Source: a bacterium (GTDB taxonomy: Bacteria; CLD3; SB21). From it: 64,000 nucleotides of DNA. The DNA lies in contig JABWCP010000003.1 of assembly GCA_013360215.1 (NCBI GenBank), positions 62,001 through 126,000 of the forward strand, written 5' to 3'. Of this stretch, positions 49,415 to 58,182 are shown piece by piece. A program made the position numbers and the translations under genes. The notes beneath the pieces were generated by a model that saw only the letters and a program-made list of their open reading frames with translations, ran no database searches and had not been told where the DNA came from. Each line of letters opens with the position of its first letter. Position 1 is the stretch's first letter.

Positions 49415-50917
49415 TTAAGTCATCATTATATAAGCCAATATTCCGCCGAAACCGCTTGCGATCATATTCACGGCATCATTGTGCATCCATACCAAACCGC
49501 GCACTTGACGTGTGGGTTCATCACAATGTTGTTTTTTCTCTGTAGGCTTTCCGCACGTTTGGCAAGCGTACTGGGCCTGCAGCGTCGCACCCAAAAAACT
49601 GTCGGCTATACTTCCCAAAAAACCTGCCAACGTAACAAACCACAAACCTTGTATATTCAGGTTTTCACCCATTACGTATGCCCCGGTCATCGCGATCCAC
49701 AGCGAACCGGTGAAAGCGCCCAGAGTACCGGGCAATGAAATTCCGCCGGAAGTTCCGGGTTGTACTTTACGCCAATGTAAAACACTGCGCGGGGTCGCCT
49801 GAAAAAAAGTACCGATTTCGGTAGCCCAGGTATCCGCCGTCGCCGCAGCGATCACGGCCAAATAAACGATATACCAAACTTCACCGGGATATAACTGAGC
49901 GGCTAATGCAACGGCCCCGGCCAAGCCGCCATTGGCGAGTACCTGTCCGGCATCACGGGTACTTCCTTTTTCAAAGATCGTATCGAACTGCGCTTTGCGT
50001 CGCTTGCCCAAGCGCGATAATAAACTGGATGATATAAAAAACACAAGAATCGGTAAAGCCCACATCCATCCGCCGATTCCAAAAATCACACTGCCCAACA
50101 GAAACGCACCTGCCGCGCCGTCAGCCGTCAATAAGCGAAAGCGAAACGATGCCCAGCCTACGCAAGCTGCCAAACCCACGCCGTATATCAAATATACGGT
50201 TGCTTCTTCCGTTTGATGCGTGATCGTATATACGACCCACGCCACCGTCAGCGGAATAGTCAGATTATCCGAGCCGGCGGGTGATATGGCTTCCATGATC
50301 GTCGCCAAAAGCGCTCCGATCAATGCGGCACAGATGATCGTAAATTTCGAGAATTCCGCAATGTGAACATTTTGATAATACAAAAAAGAAAAAGCAATCA
50401 CAAGCGTTGATACGACAAACATAGTGATCGAGCCTTCGATGCTTTTTCGGTCGGAGGTCAGATAATAATGACGCGGTGAAGGCCATAATTGCCCTACTAA
50501 GCCGGCGGATGCATCACCGAGCGCTAAAACCAACATGGCTGACATTAAAACTAACGGGGCCGTCTCCCAACACAGCAGTACCAACATCGTGAAAGCCATC
50601 GGATAATATACGGTCCCATACGACCGGCGATCCGTTCCGTGAATTCCCTGCAACCAATGCCCGCGAATCGCGAGCATATTAAACACAACAAAAAAAACGC
50701 CGATATATACGGCCGGCGCTCCCGAATCGAACCAGGAAGGCGCCAAAAAAATCAGAATGCCGACGCCAATATGGGTTATTTTACGCGTGATTTCCGGTGG
50801 CCAAAAAAACCGACGACGTAATAATTCCACCGTCGCCAAGATGACACCTAACGACAAAAAGGCCAGTGCATAGCCGATCCCATCACTCAGAGTCACTTGC
50901 CAAAAAATTGAATCCAT
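49415..50917 (-). CDS. Fusion of phytol/dolichol-kinase-like domain and DUF92 (TMEM19/VTE6-like) domain
   Basis: N-half RKITH, GDASAGLVG, KSIEGS, DNLTIP; C-half RDAGQVLANG, ADTWATEIG, PGTSGGIS, DSFLGATLQ. Confidence 0.88.
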   Translation of the reverse strand: MDSIFWQVTLSDGIGYALAFLSLGVILATVELLRRRFFWPPEITRKITHIGVGILIFLAPSWFDSGAPAVYIGVFFVVFNMLAIRGHWLQGIHGTDRRSYGTVYYPMAFTMLVLLCWETAPLVLMSAMLVLALGDASAGLVGQLWPSPRHYYLTSDRKSIEGSITMFVVSTLVIAFSFLYYQNVHIAEFSKFTIICAALIGALLATIMEAISPAGSDNLTIPLTVAWVVYTITHQTEEATVYLIYGVGLAACVGWASFRFRLLTADGAAGAFLLGSVIFGIGGWMWALPILVFFISSSLLSRLGKRRKAQFDTIFEKGSTRDAGQVLANGGLAGAVALAAQLYPGEVWYIVYLAVIAAATADTWATEIGTFFQATPRSVLHWRKVQPGTSGGISLPGTLGAFTGSLWIAMTGAYVMGENLNIQGLWFVTLAGFLGSIADSFLGATLQAQYACQTCGKPTEKKQHCDEPTRQVRGLVWMHNDAVNMIASGFGGILAYIMMT

Positions 50918-51082
50918 AATCTTCTAAACAAGGAGAGGATAAATGCGTTTAGTATCAATACGCTAAGACGTGATAATAACCGATTGGGTTTTATTAAAAA
51001 CTTCTAACCGAATTCGTTCGTACTACTAGGAATGCAAACCTATTAAATGTATGGGCAGTGAAGACGACATGTTTATTGAAAT

Positions 51083-51772
51083 TTAAAAATACCAGCGTAC
51101 AAATAAATGCGCACGGGTATCCCATGCATGGACATTATAACTGATATCTTCGTCCGGATCATCTTCGTATTCATCACCGTACATACGACCAACTTTAGTA
51201 TAGATCAACTGCGCTTCGCCGCCAAAACTGAAATACGGTGAAAAATAATACTCACCGCCGGCCACCGGTCCAAAATACAAATCTGATTTGTGTCTTTTAT
51301 CGGTATCACCGTCTTCATATCCGGGCGCCGAATAGGTGAATCGTGTTTTATCTTCGATGAACACTTTGCCCAAACGTGCGCCAAAATAAGTTTCCGTATG
51401 ATCACGTTTTTTTCGACGTAAAATCCCAACGCCATAGCGGGATATTTTTACCGTTGAGTTAGACTTGTAATAATAATCATCATCGCTTCTACTGATTTTA
51501 CCGGACATGTTGTTATAACTCACTTCCGGTTCGATACGCCATCGGTCACCAAAATTGATCGGAACATAAATCCCCATAATGGCGCCGGTTTTGAAATAAC
51601 CATAATCATCGTCATCGCCAAACCGGTGTGTATTCGTGCCGAACGAAATTCCGATCCCAATCTTTTTTCGGTTGGAATTAGTTTCGTCTGTTTGCTCTTC
51701 GTTTTGACCTTGGAGCGACCATCCGTTCATCAATACAAAAATCAAAACGATCCAGCTGCGTATCGGTTTCAT
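51083..51772 (-). CDS. Outer membrane beta-barrel protein
   Basis: Signal peptide, alternating beta strands, GGEYYFSPYFSFGGE, terminal VRWYF. Confidence 0.8.
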   Translation of the reverse strand: MKPIRSWIVLIFVLMNGWSLQGQNEEQTDETNSNRKKIGIGISFGTNTHRFGDDDDYGYFKTGAIMGIYVPINFGDRWRIEPEVSYNNMSGKISRSDDDYYYKSNSTVKISRYGVGILRRKKRDHTETYFGARLGKVFIEDKTRFTYSAPGYEDGDTDKRHKSDLYFGPVAGGEYYFSPYFSFGGEAQLIYTKVGRMYGDEYEDDPDEDISYNVHAWDTRAHLFVRWYF

Positions 51773-51818
51773 TTATTCTCCCCTTTTTTAATACAGAATA
51801 GAGCCCACGTAAGAAAAA

Positions 51819-52958
51819 CTACACGGCCTTCAACGCATTTTCGATATCGGCGATCAAATCTTCCTTATCTTCGCAACCTACGGACAAGCGCACCAAACCG
51901 TCGGTCAAACCGAGTTTCAAACGGTCTTCCAACGGAATCGCACCATGTGTCATCGAAGCCGGATGGCATATCAGGCTTTCCACGCCGCCGAGGCTTTCGG
52001 CGAGGGCAAATATTTTTACGTTACGCAGCATATTTTTGCCGGCATCCATCGAACCCAGTTCGATCGAAATCATCCCGCCAAAACCACGCATCTGTTTTTT
52101 GGCCAGCGCGTGCTGCGGATGCGATGCCAAACCGGGGTAATAGATTTTTTTTACTTTAGGATGCTTAGCCAAAAACTCCGCCATAGCTGTTGCATTTTCA
52201 TTGTGCTGTCGCATACGCAGCGCCAGAGTTTTCGTCGAACGCAGAACAAGCCAACAATCAAACGGCGACGGTACGGCGCCGATAGAGTTTTGTAAAAATT
52301 TGAGTTTTTCTTTTAACTCTTCGCTGGAAGTTACCACCACTCCGCCGATCACATCGCTGTGGCCGTTGATATATTTGGTCGTACTGTGCAAAACGATGTC
52401 CACACCAAACTCAAGCGGTGTCTGGAAATAGGGACTCATAAATGTATTATCTACGACGGAAATCAGTTTGTGTTCTTTGGCGACGGCCGCAACGACCTGC
52501 AAATCCGTTATCGTCAGCATCGGATTGGTCGGCGTCTCGACATACAACATTTTGGTGTTTGGCTTGATAGCCGCACGGATATTTTTTTCGTCCGACGTAT
52601 CCACCCAGGAAAATTCAAGGCCAAAACGCTTCATGATTTTGTCAAAAAAACGAAATGTACCGCCGTACACATTATTGGAAACGATGACATGATCACCGCC
52701 GTTGAGCAGCGCGGCGATATTGGTAATAGCGGCCATACCGCTGCCGAAAGCGAAACCGTATTTGCCTTTTTCAAGCGCCGCGATATTCGCTTCCAACGCG
52801 ACGCGGGTGGGATTGATCGTGCGCCCATAATCAAAACCTTTACTGACGCCAAGCTCTTCCTGAGCGTACGTCGAAGTTTGATAAATCGGCGTGATCACCG
52901 CACCGGTCGTCGGATCCGGGATTTGGCCGGCGTGAATGGCATCCGTTGAAAAACCCAT
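51819..52958 (-). CDS. Cystathionine gamma-lyase/synthase (PLP-dependent)
   Basis: PIYQTSTY, SGMAA, ETPTNP, VDNTF, HSTTKYINGHSD, AESLGGVESL. Confidence 0.95.
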   Translation of the reverse strand: MGFSTDAIHAGQIPDPTTGAVITPIYQTSTYAQEELGVSKGFDYGRTINPTRVALEANIAALEKGKYGFAFGSGMAAITNIAALLNGGDHVIVSNNVYGGTFRFFDKIMKRFGLEFSWVDTSDEKNIRAAIKPNTKMLYVETPTNPMLTITDLQVVAAVAKEHKLISVVDNTFMSPYFQTPLEFGVDIVLHSTTKYINGHSDVIGGVVVTSSEELKEKLKFLQNSIGAVPSPFDCWLVLRSTKTLALRMRQHNENATAMAEFLAKHPKVKKIYYPGLASHPQHALAKKQMRGFGGMISIELGSMDAGKNMLRNVKIFALAESLGGVESLICHPASMTHGAIPLEDRLKLGLTDGLVRLSVGCEDKEDLIADIENALKAV

Positions 52959-52983
52959 ATTTATTCTTTCCTACTATGCGTTA

Positions 52984-54339
52984 TTATTTGGTTGTCAGAT
53001 AATCAAGCAAATCAATTTTTGTCATAATGCTGATCGGGCGTTTGCTATCATCCACGACCACCACGGCGTTGGATTGGCGCAGATTTTCCTGCACTGTAGA
53101 TATCGGCGTTTGCGCACCGACCATACGCACCTGACGCGTCATGCATTTGGAAACTTTGGCGTCTTGGGTACCGGCACCGCTGGCCAAATAATCCATGATA
53201 TCGCTTTCCGATACGATCCCGACCAATGCGCCGCCGGAAGTAACCGGCAATTGCGAAACGCCTTTTTCGCGCATCTTGGAAATCGTCTGACGCACGCTCT
53301 CCATATCATCGGCACAGATCAGCACGGGGCGTGCCGGGTTTTTAGCTAGAATATCTTTGACCGTGCCCTGAATGGATTTGTTTTCAAAAAATCCGTTATC
53401 GCGCATCCACTTGTCGTCCACAAATTTGGTCATATAGTTACGTACGCCGTCCGATAAAACGACCACGCAATTTTGTCCGGGCTTTAACCGTTGTGCGGCC
53501 TGCAGTGCGGCAAAAAGCGATGAACCGGACGAACCGCCGACGAGCAACCCTTCTTCGTGAATCAGGCGGCGCGCCAATAAAAATGAGGACTGATCTTCCG
53601 TTTTGATCCATTCATCCACACAATCCCGATCGAGTACTTTGGGAATAAAATCATAGCCAATACCTTCGACCTTGTATGTACCGACGTGCGTACCGCCGCC
53701 GAGGATCGAACCTACCGGATCGGCGCCGACGACAATACACTGCGGATTGGCATCTTTCATACGTTTGGCTATGCCCGTGATGGAGCCGCCCGTACCGGCT
53801 GCAACGACGACCATATCTACTTTGCCATCCAGTGCGTCGAGGATTTCCTGACCGGTCGTATCGTAGTGAATTTTGGGATTATTGGGGTTGGAGTATTGAT
53901 CTAAAATATGTGCATTCGGTAATTCGCGTTGCAGGCGTTGCGCGACACTGATATGGCTTTCCGGATCTTCGGAGGCCGCTTCGGTCGGTGTGCGAATAAT
54001 TTCGGCGCCCAGCGCTTCGAGTATCACTTGTTTTTCGCGGCTCATTTTTTCGGGCATCGTGATGATCACACGATACCCTTTGATCGCGCCGGCCAATGCA
54101 ATACCGATACCGGTATTACCGCTTGTCGGTTCGATCAACGTATCTCCCGGCTTGATACGACCTTCACGTTCCGCCGCTTCGACCATCGCGCGGCCGATAC
54201 GGTCTTTGATGGAACCGCCGGGATTCATAAATTCACATTTGGCGTACAGATTACATTGAAGCTGTGCTCCGATTCGATTGAGTTTGACGACCGGTGTTTG
54301 ACCGATGACTTCGAGAATGTTGTTGTATATCCGTTTCAT
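52984..54339 (-). CDS. Cystathionine beta-synthase with C-terminal CBS domains
   Basis: KCEFMNPGGSIKDRI, EPTSGNTG, GTGGSITG, YKVEGIGYDF, C-terminal CBS pair. Confidence 0.93.
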   Translation of the reverse strand: MKRIYNNILEVIGQTPVVKLNRIGAQLQCNLYAKCEFMNPGGSIKDRIGRAMVEAAEREGRIKPGDTLIEPTSGNTGIGIALAGAIKGYRVIITMPEKMSREKQVILEALGAEIIRTPTEAASEDPESHISVAQRLQRELPNAHILDQYSNPNNPKIHYDTTGQEILDALDGKVDMVVVAAGTGGSITGIAKRMKDANPQCIVVGADPVGSILGGGTHVGTYKVEGIGYDFIPKVLDRDCVDEWIKTEDQSSFLLARRLIHEEGLLVGGSSGSSLFAALQAAQRLKPGQNCVVVLSDGVRNYMTKFVDDKWMRDNGFFENKSIQGTVKDILAKNPARPVLICADDMESVRQTISKMREKGVSQLPVTSGGALVGIVSESDIMDYLASGAGTQDAKVSKCMTRQVRMVGAQTPISTVQENLRQSNAVVVVDDSKRPISIMTKIDLLDYLTTK

Positions 54340-54353
54340 AATTCCTGTAGATA

Positions 54354-54761
54354 TTAAAAAATGATTTCTTTTTTTGCGATCATCGCGTGCAGTTTGTCCA
54401 CTTCTTCGAGCGAACAGGTAAGGAACGTATTGATTTTGGATTTATCACCGGACGAAACGGCCAATAGAATCCCCGGTAAAAGTTGGGTCATAATGATGAC
54501 GTGTTTCGTACCGACCGTGACCATCGTCTGCACGGTGTCCGGCTGCGGTTTTTTTCCGTCAAAAGGAATAGTGAACATGCGTTTGCCCTGATCCAAAAAA
54601 ACGGAGGCTAAAGCGCCAAACTGGCCTTCGACGTGTTCATCGGATACATTGGACCGCAAAACTAATCCTTCCCAGGAAATCACGGCCACCAAGGTTTGCG
54701 GGGCAATCGCTTCAACGGTACGAATGATTTCCCCAAAATACTGATCGTGCGATGCTATCAT
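54354..54761 (-). CDS. Divergent Roadblock/LC7-like protein
   Basis: VAVISWEGLVLRSN...FGALASVFL pattern parallels the adjacent Roadblock protein. Confidence 0.65.
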   Translation of the reverse strand: MIASHDQYFGEIIRTVEAIAPQTLVAVISWEGLVLRSNVSDEHVEGQFGALASVFLDQGKRMFTIPFDGKKPQPDTVQTMVTVGTKHVIIMTQLLPGILLAVSSGDKSKINTFLTCSLEEVDKLHAMIAKKEIIF

Positions 54762-54767
54762 GATGCC

Positions 54768-55118
54768 TCAGTGAATGTGGGGTTGAAGTTCTTTGATGGC
54801 GACGCTGATGTCAAACAAGACAAGCCCGAGTTTGGCTTGGGTTGTGGTAAAGACGGTCAGCAGCGTTTCTTTGGCCGCCCGCGTGATGATGATAAATCCT
54901 TCTTTGGCGCGTATCGTGACTTGCGCCATTTCACCGATCATCGCGTCTTCGGAACTGCTTTCGCCCTGATTCAGCAACGCGGCCGAAATCGCGGCCACGC
55001 GTTCGGCTTCGATGGTGTCCGGGAGCATGGACGAGATGACAAGCCCGTCGCTGCTGACGAGCGCAACCGCGCTTACACCCGGCGTATCATTGCGCAGACG
55101 TTTGAGAATATCCTCCAT
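54768..55118 (-). CDS. Roadblock/LC7 (MglB-like) protein
   Basis: VALVSSDGLVISS, RVAAISAAL, IGEMAQVTI, AKLGLV. Confidence 0.9.
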   Translation of the reverse strand: MEDILKRLRNDTPGVSAVALVSSDGLVISSMLPDTIEAERVAAISAALLNQGESSSEDAMIGEMAQVTIRAKEGFIIITRAAKETLLTVFTTTQAKLGLVLFDISVAIKELQPHIH

Positions 55119-55189
55119 GATGCACCTAAAAATCGTTGGAAAAAGTGAGAAATTATTCGCCGCAAATATCATAAATAGTTAGGCCAAAG

Positions 55190-56167
55190 TCAATGCGGAT
55201 TGTCCCCTGTAACTTTATGGCAGCGTACAAAACGCTCCTGCCCGCAAGAACGCCAGCGCGGCGTTTCATCACGGCAAACGGCCTCGACCCACGGGCAACG
55301 CGCCTGAAAAAGACAACCCTTGGAAGGGCGCGACGAATCCGCGATATCACCTTTTACTGCGACGGGTTTTACCGGCTTGGACGGATCGAGTTCGGGCACC
55401 GACGCAATCAAAGCCTGCGTGTACGGATGCAGCGGTTGATCAAAAAGAACATCCGACGGTCCCATTTCCATCATTTGTCCGCGATATAAGACGGCTATCC
55501 GATCTGCGATATGGCGCACCACAGCCAGATCATGGCCGATAAACAGATAAGAGAGATTTCTTGTTTCCTGAAGCGTCATTAAAAGCTCGATGATCTGCGC
55601 CTGCACCGACACATCCAGAGCCGAAACGGGTTCATCGCAAACGATGAATTGCGGCCGGACCGACAAGGCCCGTGCTATACCGATACGCTGGCGCTGTCCG
55701 CCCGAAAATTCGTGCGGAAAACAAAACCGCTGTGAGGGATCAAGACCGACGGTTTTAAGCAATTCTTCGATTTTATCTGTCGCCTCCGTTCCGGAAGCTG
55801 TTGCATGCACGGTGAATATCTCACGAAACATGGCATCCACCGTTTGGCGGGGATTGAGTGAACTAAACGGATCCTGAAATACGATTTGCATGCGGCGGCG
55901 AAAAGGACGCATCGCTTTATTATCCAATGCGGTAATTTCTTCGCCGTCAAAAAAAATACGTCCCGACGTCGGATCGGTCAGTTTGAGAAGGCATCGCCCG
56001 ATCGTACTTTTTCCTGAGCCCGATTCGCCGACCACACCAAGGGTTTCTCCGGTTCGGACGATAAAAGAAACATCTTCGACGACTTGCGACCAGGTCGCAC
56101 GCCCCCATAAGGTGCTCCCTACCGGGTATGACTTACAGAGGGATTCGACGCGGATAAGCTCTTGCAT
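55190..56167 (-). CDS. Oligo/dipeptide ABC transporter ATP-binding subunit (OppF/AppF-like)
   Basis: GESGSGKST, FSGGQRQR, CDEPVSALD, HPYT, GC.F..RC...C C-terminal motif; no cognate permease in the window. Confidence 0.93.
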   Translation of the reverse strand: MQELIRVESLCKSYPVGSTLWGRATWSQVVEDVSFIVRTGETLGVVGESGSGKSTIGRCLLKLTDPTSGRIFFDGEEITALDNKAMRPFRRRMQIVFQDPFSSLNPRQTVDAMFREIFTVHATASGTEATDKIEELLKTVGLDPSQRFCFPHEFSGGQRQRIGIARALSVRPQFIVCDEPVSALDVSVQAQIIELLMTLQETRNLSYLFIGHDLAVVRHIADRIAVLYRGQMMEMGPSDVLFDQPLHPYTQALIASVPELDPSKPVKPVAVKGDIADSSRPSKGCLFQARCPWVEAVCRDETPRWRSCGQERFVRCHKVTGDNPH

Positions 56168-56229
56168 GAATGCGTCTTCTTCCGTGGTTTTTTGAAAAGA
56201 TAAGGCCGGAAATAAAAACATGCTACCTT

Positions 56230-56268
56230 AAAAAAAGAAACGGCGCCTAACCGAAGTCATGCGCCGCT
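56230..56268 (-). terminator. Intrinsic terminator with cUUCGg tetraloop
   Basis: GCGGCGC-A-TGAC-TTCG-GTTA-G-GCGCCGT followed by TTCTTTTTTT on the minus strand. Confidence 0.8.
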
Positions 56269-56299
56269 CCCTAGTGGTAACCGATAGGAATCGGAAAAA

Positions 56300-56644
56300 T
56301 TATGCCCCGCGGGCGTAAGCAACATCCTCAAATACAAAATTGTTTATTTTATAATTCTCTTCCGCAACTTTGATGCAAAATGTTTTCATAAGATTGAATC
56401 CGCCCTGATAATCAATCGCATAGCGGCTTCCGCAGCGGTACACCTTTTTTTCACGCACCATTTTTTCCAAAGCCTGCTTGATCATCTGAATATTTTTGGG
56501 GCTCTCTTTGAGTTCAAGCCGTTTGGCAACGACATTGGCCGAGGTGGGTTCGGAATTCAAACCCAATTTCAAAATATAATTCTCCAGATCCATCAACACG
56601 GGATTCTGCTTTGTTTTGCGTGCTGCTGAAGTGGTGCGTCTCAT
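56300..56644 (-). CDS. Small basic hypothetical protein, winged-helix-like
   Basis: GAGG RBS upstream, own terminator; LENYIL...SANVVAKRLEL...IKQALEKMVREKKVYRCGSRYAI resembles a wHTH. Confidence 0.75.
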   Translation of the reverse strand: MRRTTSAARKTKQNPVLMDLENYILKLGLNSEPTSANVVAKRLELKESPKNIQMIKQALEKMVREKKVYRCGSRYAIDYQGGFNLMKTFCIKVAEENYKINNFVFEDVAYARGA

Positions 56645-56774
56645 ATCCGATTTACCTCATTTTAGTGAATGAAAGGTTATCATCGCGTTAATTGCTTTTA
56701 TATAAGACAAATACCTTGCCAAAACATGACTGGATAATTAAACCCAATAAAATCAAAGCATCGCTTCAAAACGA

Positions 56775-56790
56775 TGTGACGCAGATCACA
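56775..56790. promoter_or_regulatory. CRP-type binding site TGTGA-CGCAGA-TCACA
   Basis: Exact TGTGA-N6-TCACA in a 365-bp intergenic region. Confidence 0.7.
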
Positions 56791-57009
56791 AGTTCAAATA
56801 AATTCGATAGTTAGGAATGTTTCTTCATGAGGCTACCTGCATCAGTTTGAAACAGGGCCGATTCGGTGGGTAAAAAACAAGAATACGACAGCGATCATAC
56901 GTAGATTGGACGTACTTCATCCCTTATGCAAGAAAACTATAACCGCTATTTATTATCGGGGATATTTTTTATATCACGACAAAAGCTATAACCATCAAAT
57001 TAAGATGGC

Positions 57010-58164
57010 TTAAGATTCTGTAATCTGGATGTCAATATTTCGCGCTCTGAGCGCTTCGATAAAAGACCGTGTTGGAACAGCTAATTCCTGCGGAACGGCG
57101 CCTTTTTCCGTGATTTTGCCTTGGGTCATCATTTGTGCGATCACAGAAATCGGATAAGACGTCAGACGCATCATGGCGGTGATATTATTGGACGCATCGC
57201 CATAGTCAACAATTTGGTATTGGATTTCTTTGGGATTTCCGTCTTTTATTCCTTTGACGGTAACGCGTACCAAAACGGCATCGCGCCCTTCCATCGCCAG
57301 CACTTTGGTTAGATTTTGTGCGAGCAGATCGCGCGGTACGACCGTATCGTTGCCGACTTTGACCGGTTTGGATTCCGTCAGTCCGAGATCCATCAGCAAC
57401 TTGAACTGTGCGGCGTGACCGGGATATCGTATCGTTTTGTAATCCAAATTTTTCACTTTTCCTAAATACGTCTGCGGCAGTGTCGAGGTGCCGCCCGAAG
57501 TATTAAACGCTTCCAGTTTGCCGAACGGCGCGGGAAATTCCAGTTCCTCCACATCCACCATTGGGTCCACGGTAACAACTTCTCCGCTTTGGATTTTCAC
57601 GCAAGGTTCGACGTATTCGTTGATCAACCCGTGCACCGAAAAAACCAGTTTATAATTCATCGGAGGACGCGGTTCCAGCGGAAGACCACCGACGCGTATC
57701 TGCACATCCGTAGTCTCATCCATTTGCCCGATGCCATCCGCTACCAAAACAGAAACCATACCCGGAGCCAATCCGCAGTCGGGTATGATCGTAATATTTT
57801 TCTTTTTGGCTTTATCATGCAGTGAAAGCTCCTGCGCGACGATGGTATTATTACCGCCGAGGTCGCAAAAATTGCATCCGCATTGGACGGCGAGCCTTGC
57901 CAGCTTGTAATTATATTTATACGTCACGGCGCTGACCACGGTATCAACCTGACTCATCAGTTTTTTTAACGCTTCTTCGTCTTCGACGTTGATTTTTTTG
58001 GCTGAAAAACGGAGATCGTTTTCCGCTTTAACAAACGCTTCGGTTTCTTTGAGTGCCTGGGCATTGGCATCGGCTACGATAATGCGTTCCATGTGGTGAT
58101 TGCGTAAAAGATCAAACACCACCGCACGTCCCATCCATCCTGCGCCCAATACTAATATTTTCAT
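57010..58164 (-). CDS. Saccharopine dehydrogenase family protein (lysine 6-dehydrogenase-like)
   Basis: VLGAGWMG, DLGGN, PDCGLAPG, VGGLP, YKTIRYPGH. Confidence 0.9.
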   Translation of the reverse strand: MKILVLGAGWMGRAVVFDLLRNHHMERIIVADANAQALKETEAFVKAENDLRFSAKKINVEDEEALKKLMSQVDTVVSAVTYKYNYKLARLAVQCGCNFCDLGGNNTIVAQELSLHDKAKKKNITIIPDCGLAPGMVSVLVADGIGQMDETTDVQIRVGGLPLEPRPPMNYKLVFSVHGLINEYVEPCVKIQSGEVVTVDPMVDVEELEFPAPFGKLEAFNTSGGTSTLPQTYLGKVKNLDYKTIRYPGHAAQFKLLMDLGLTESKPVKVGNDTVVPRDLLAQNLTKVLAMEGRDAVLVRVTVKGIKDGNPKEIQYQIVDYGDASNNITAMMRLTSYPISVIAQMMTQGKITEKGAVPQELAVPTRSFIEALRARNIDIQITES

Positions 58165-58182
58165 AATGCTCCTTTTAAGCTG

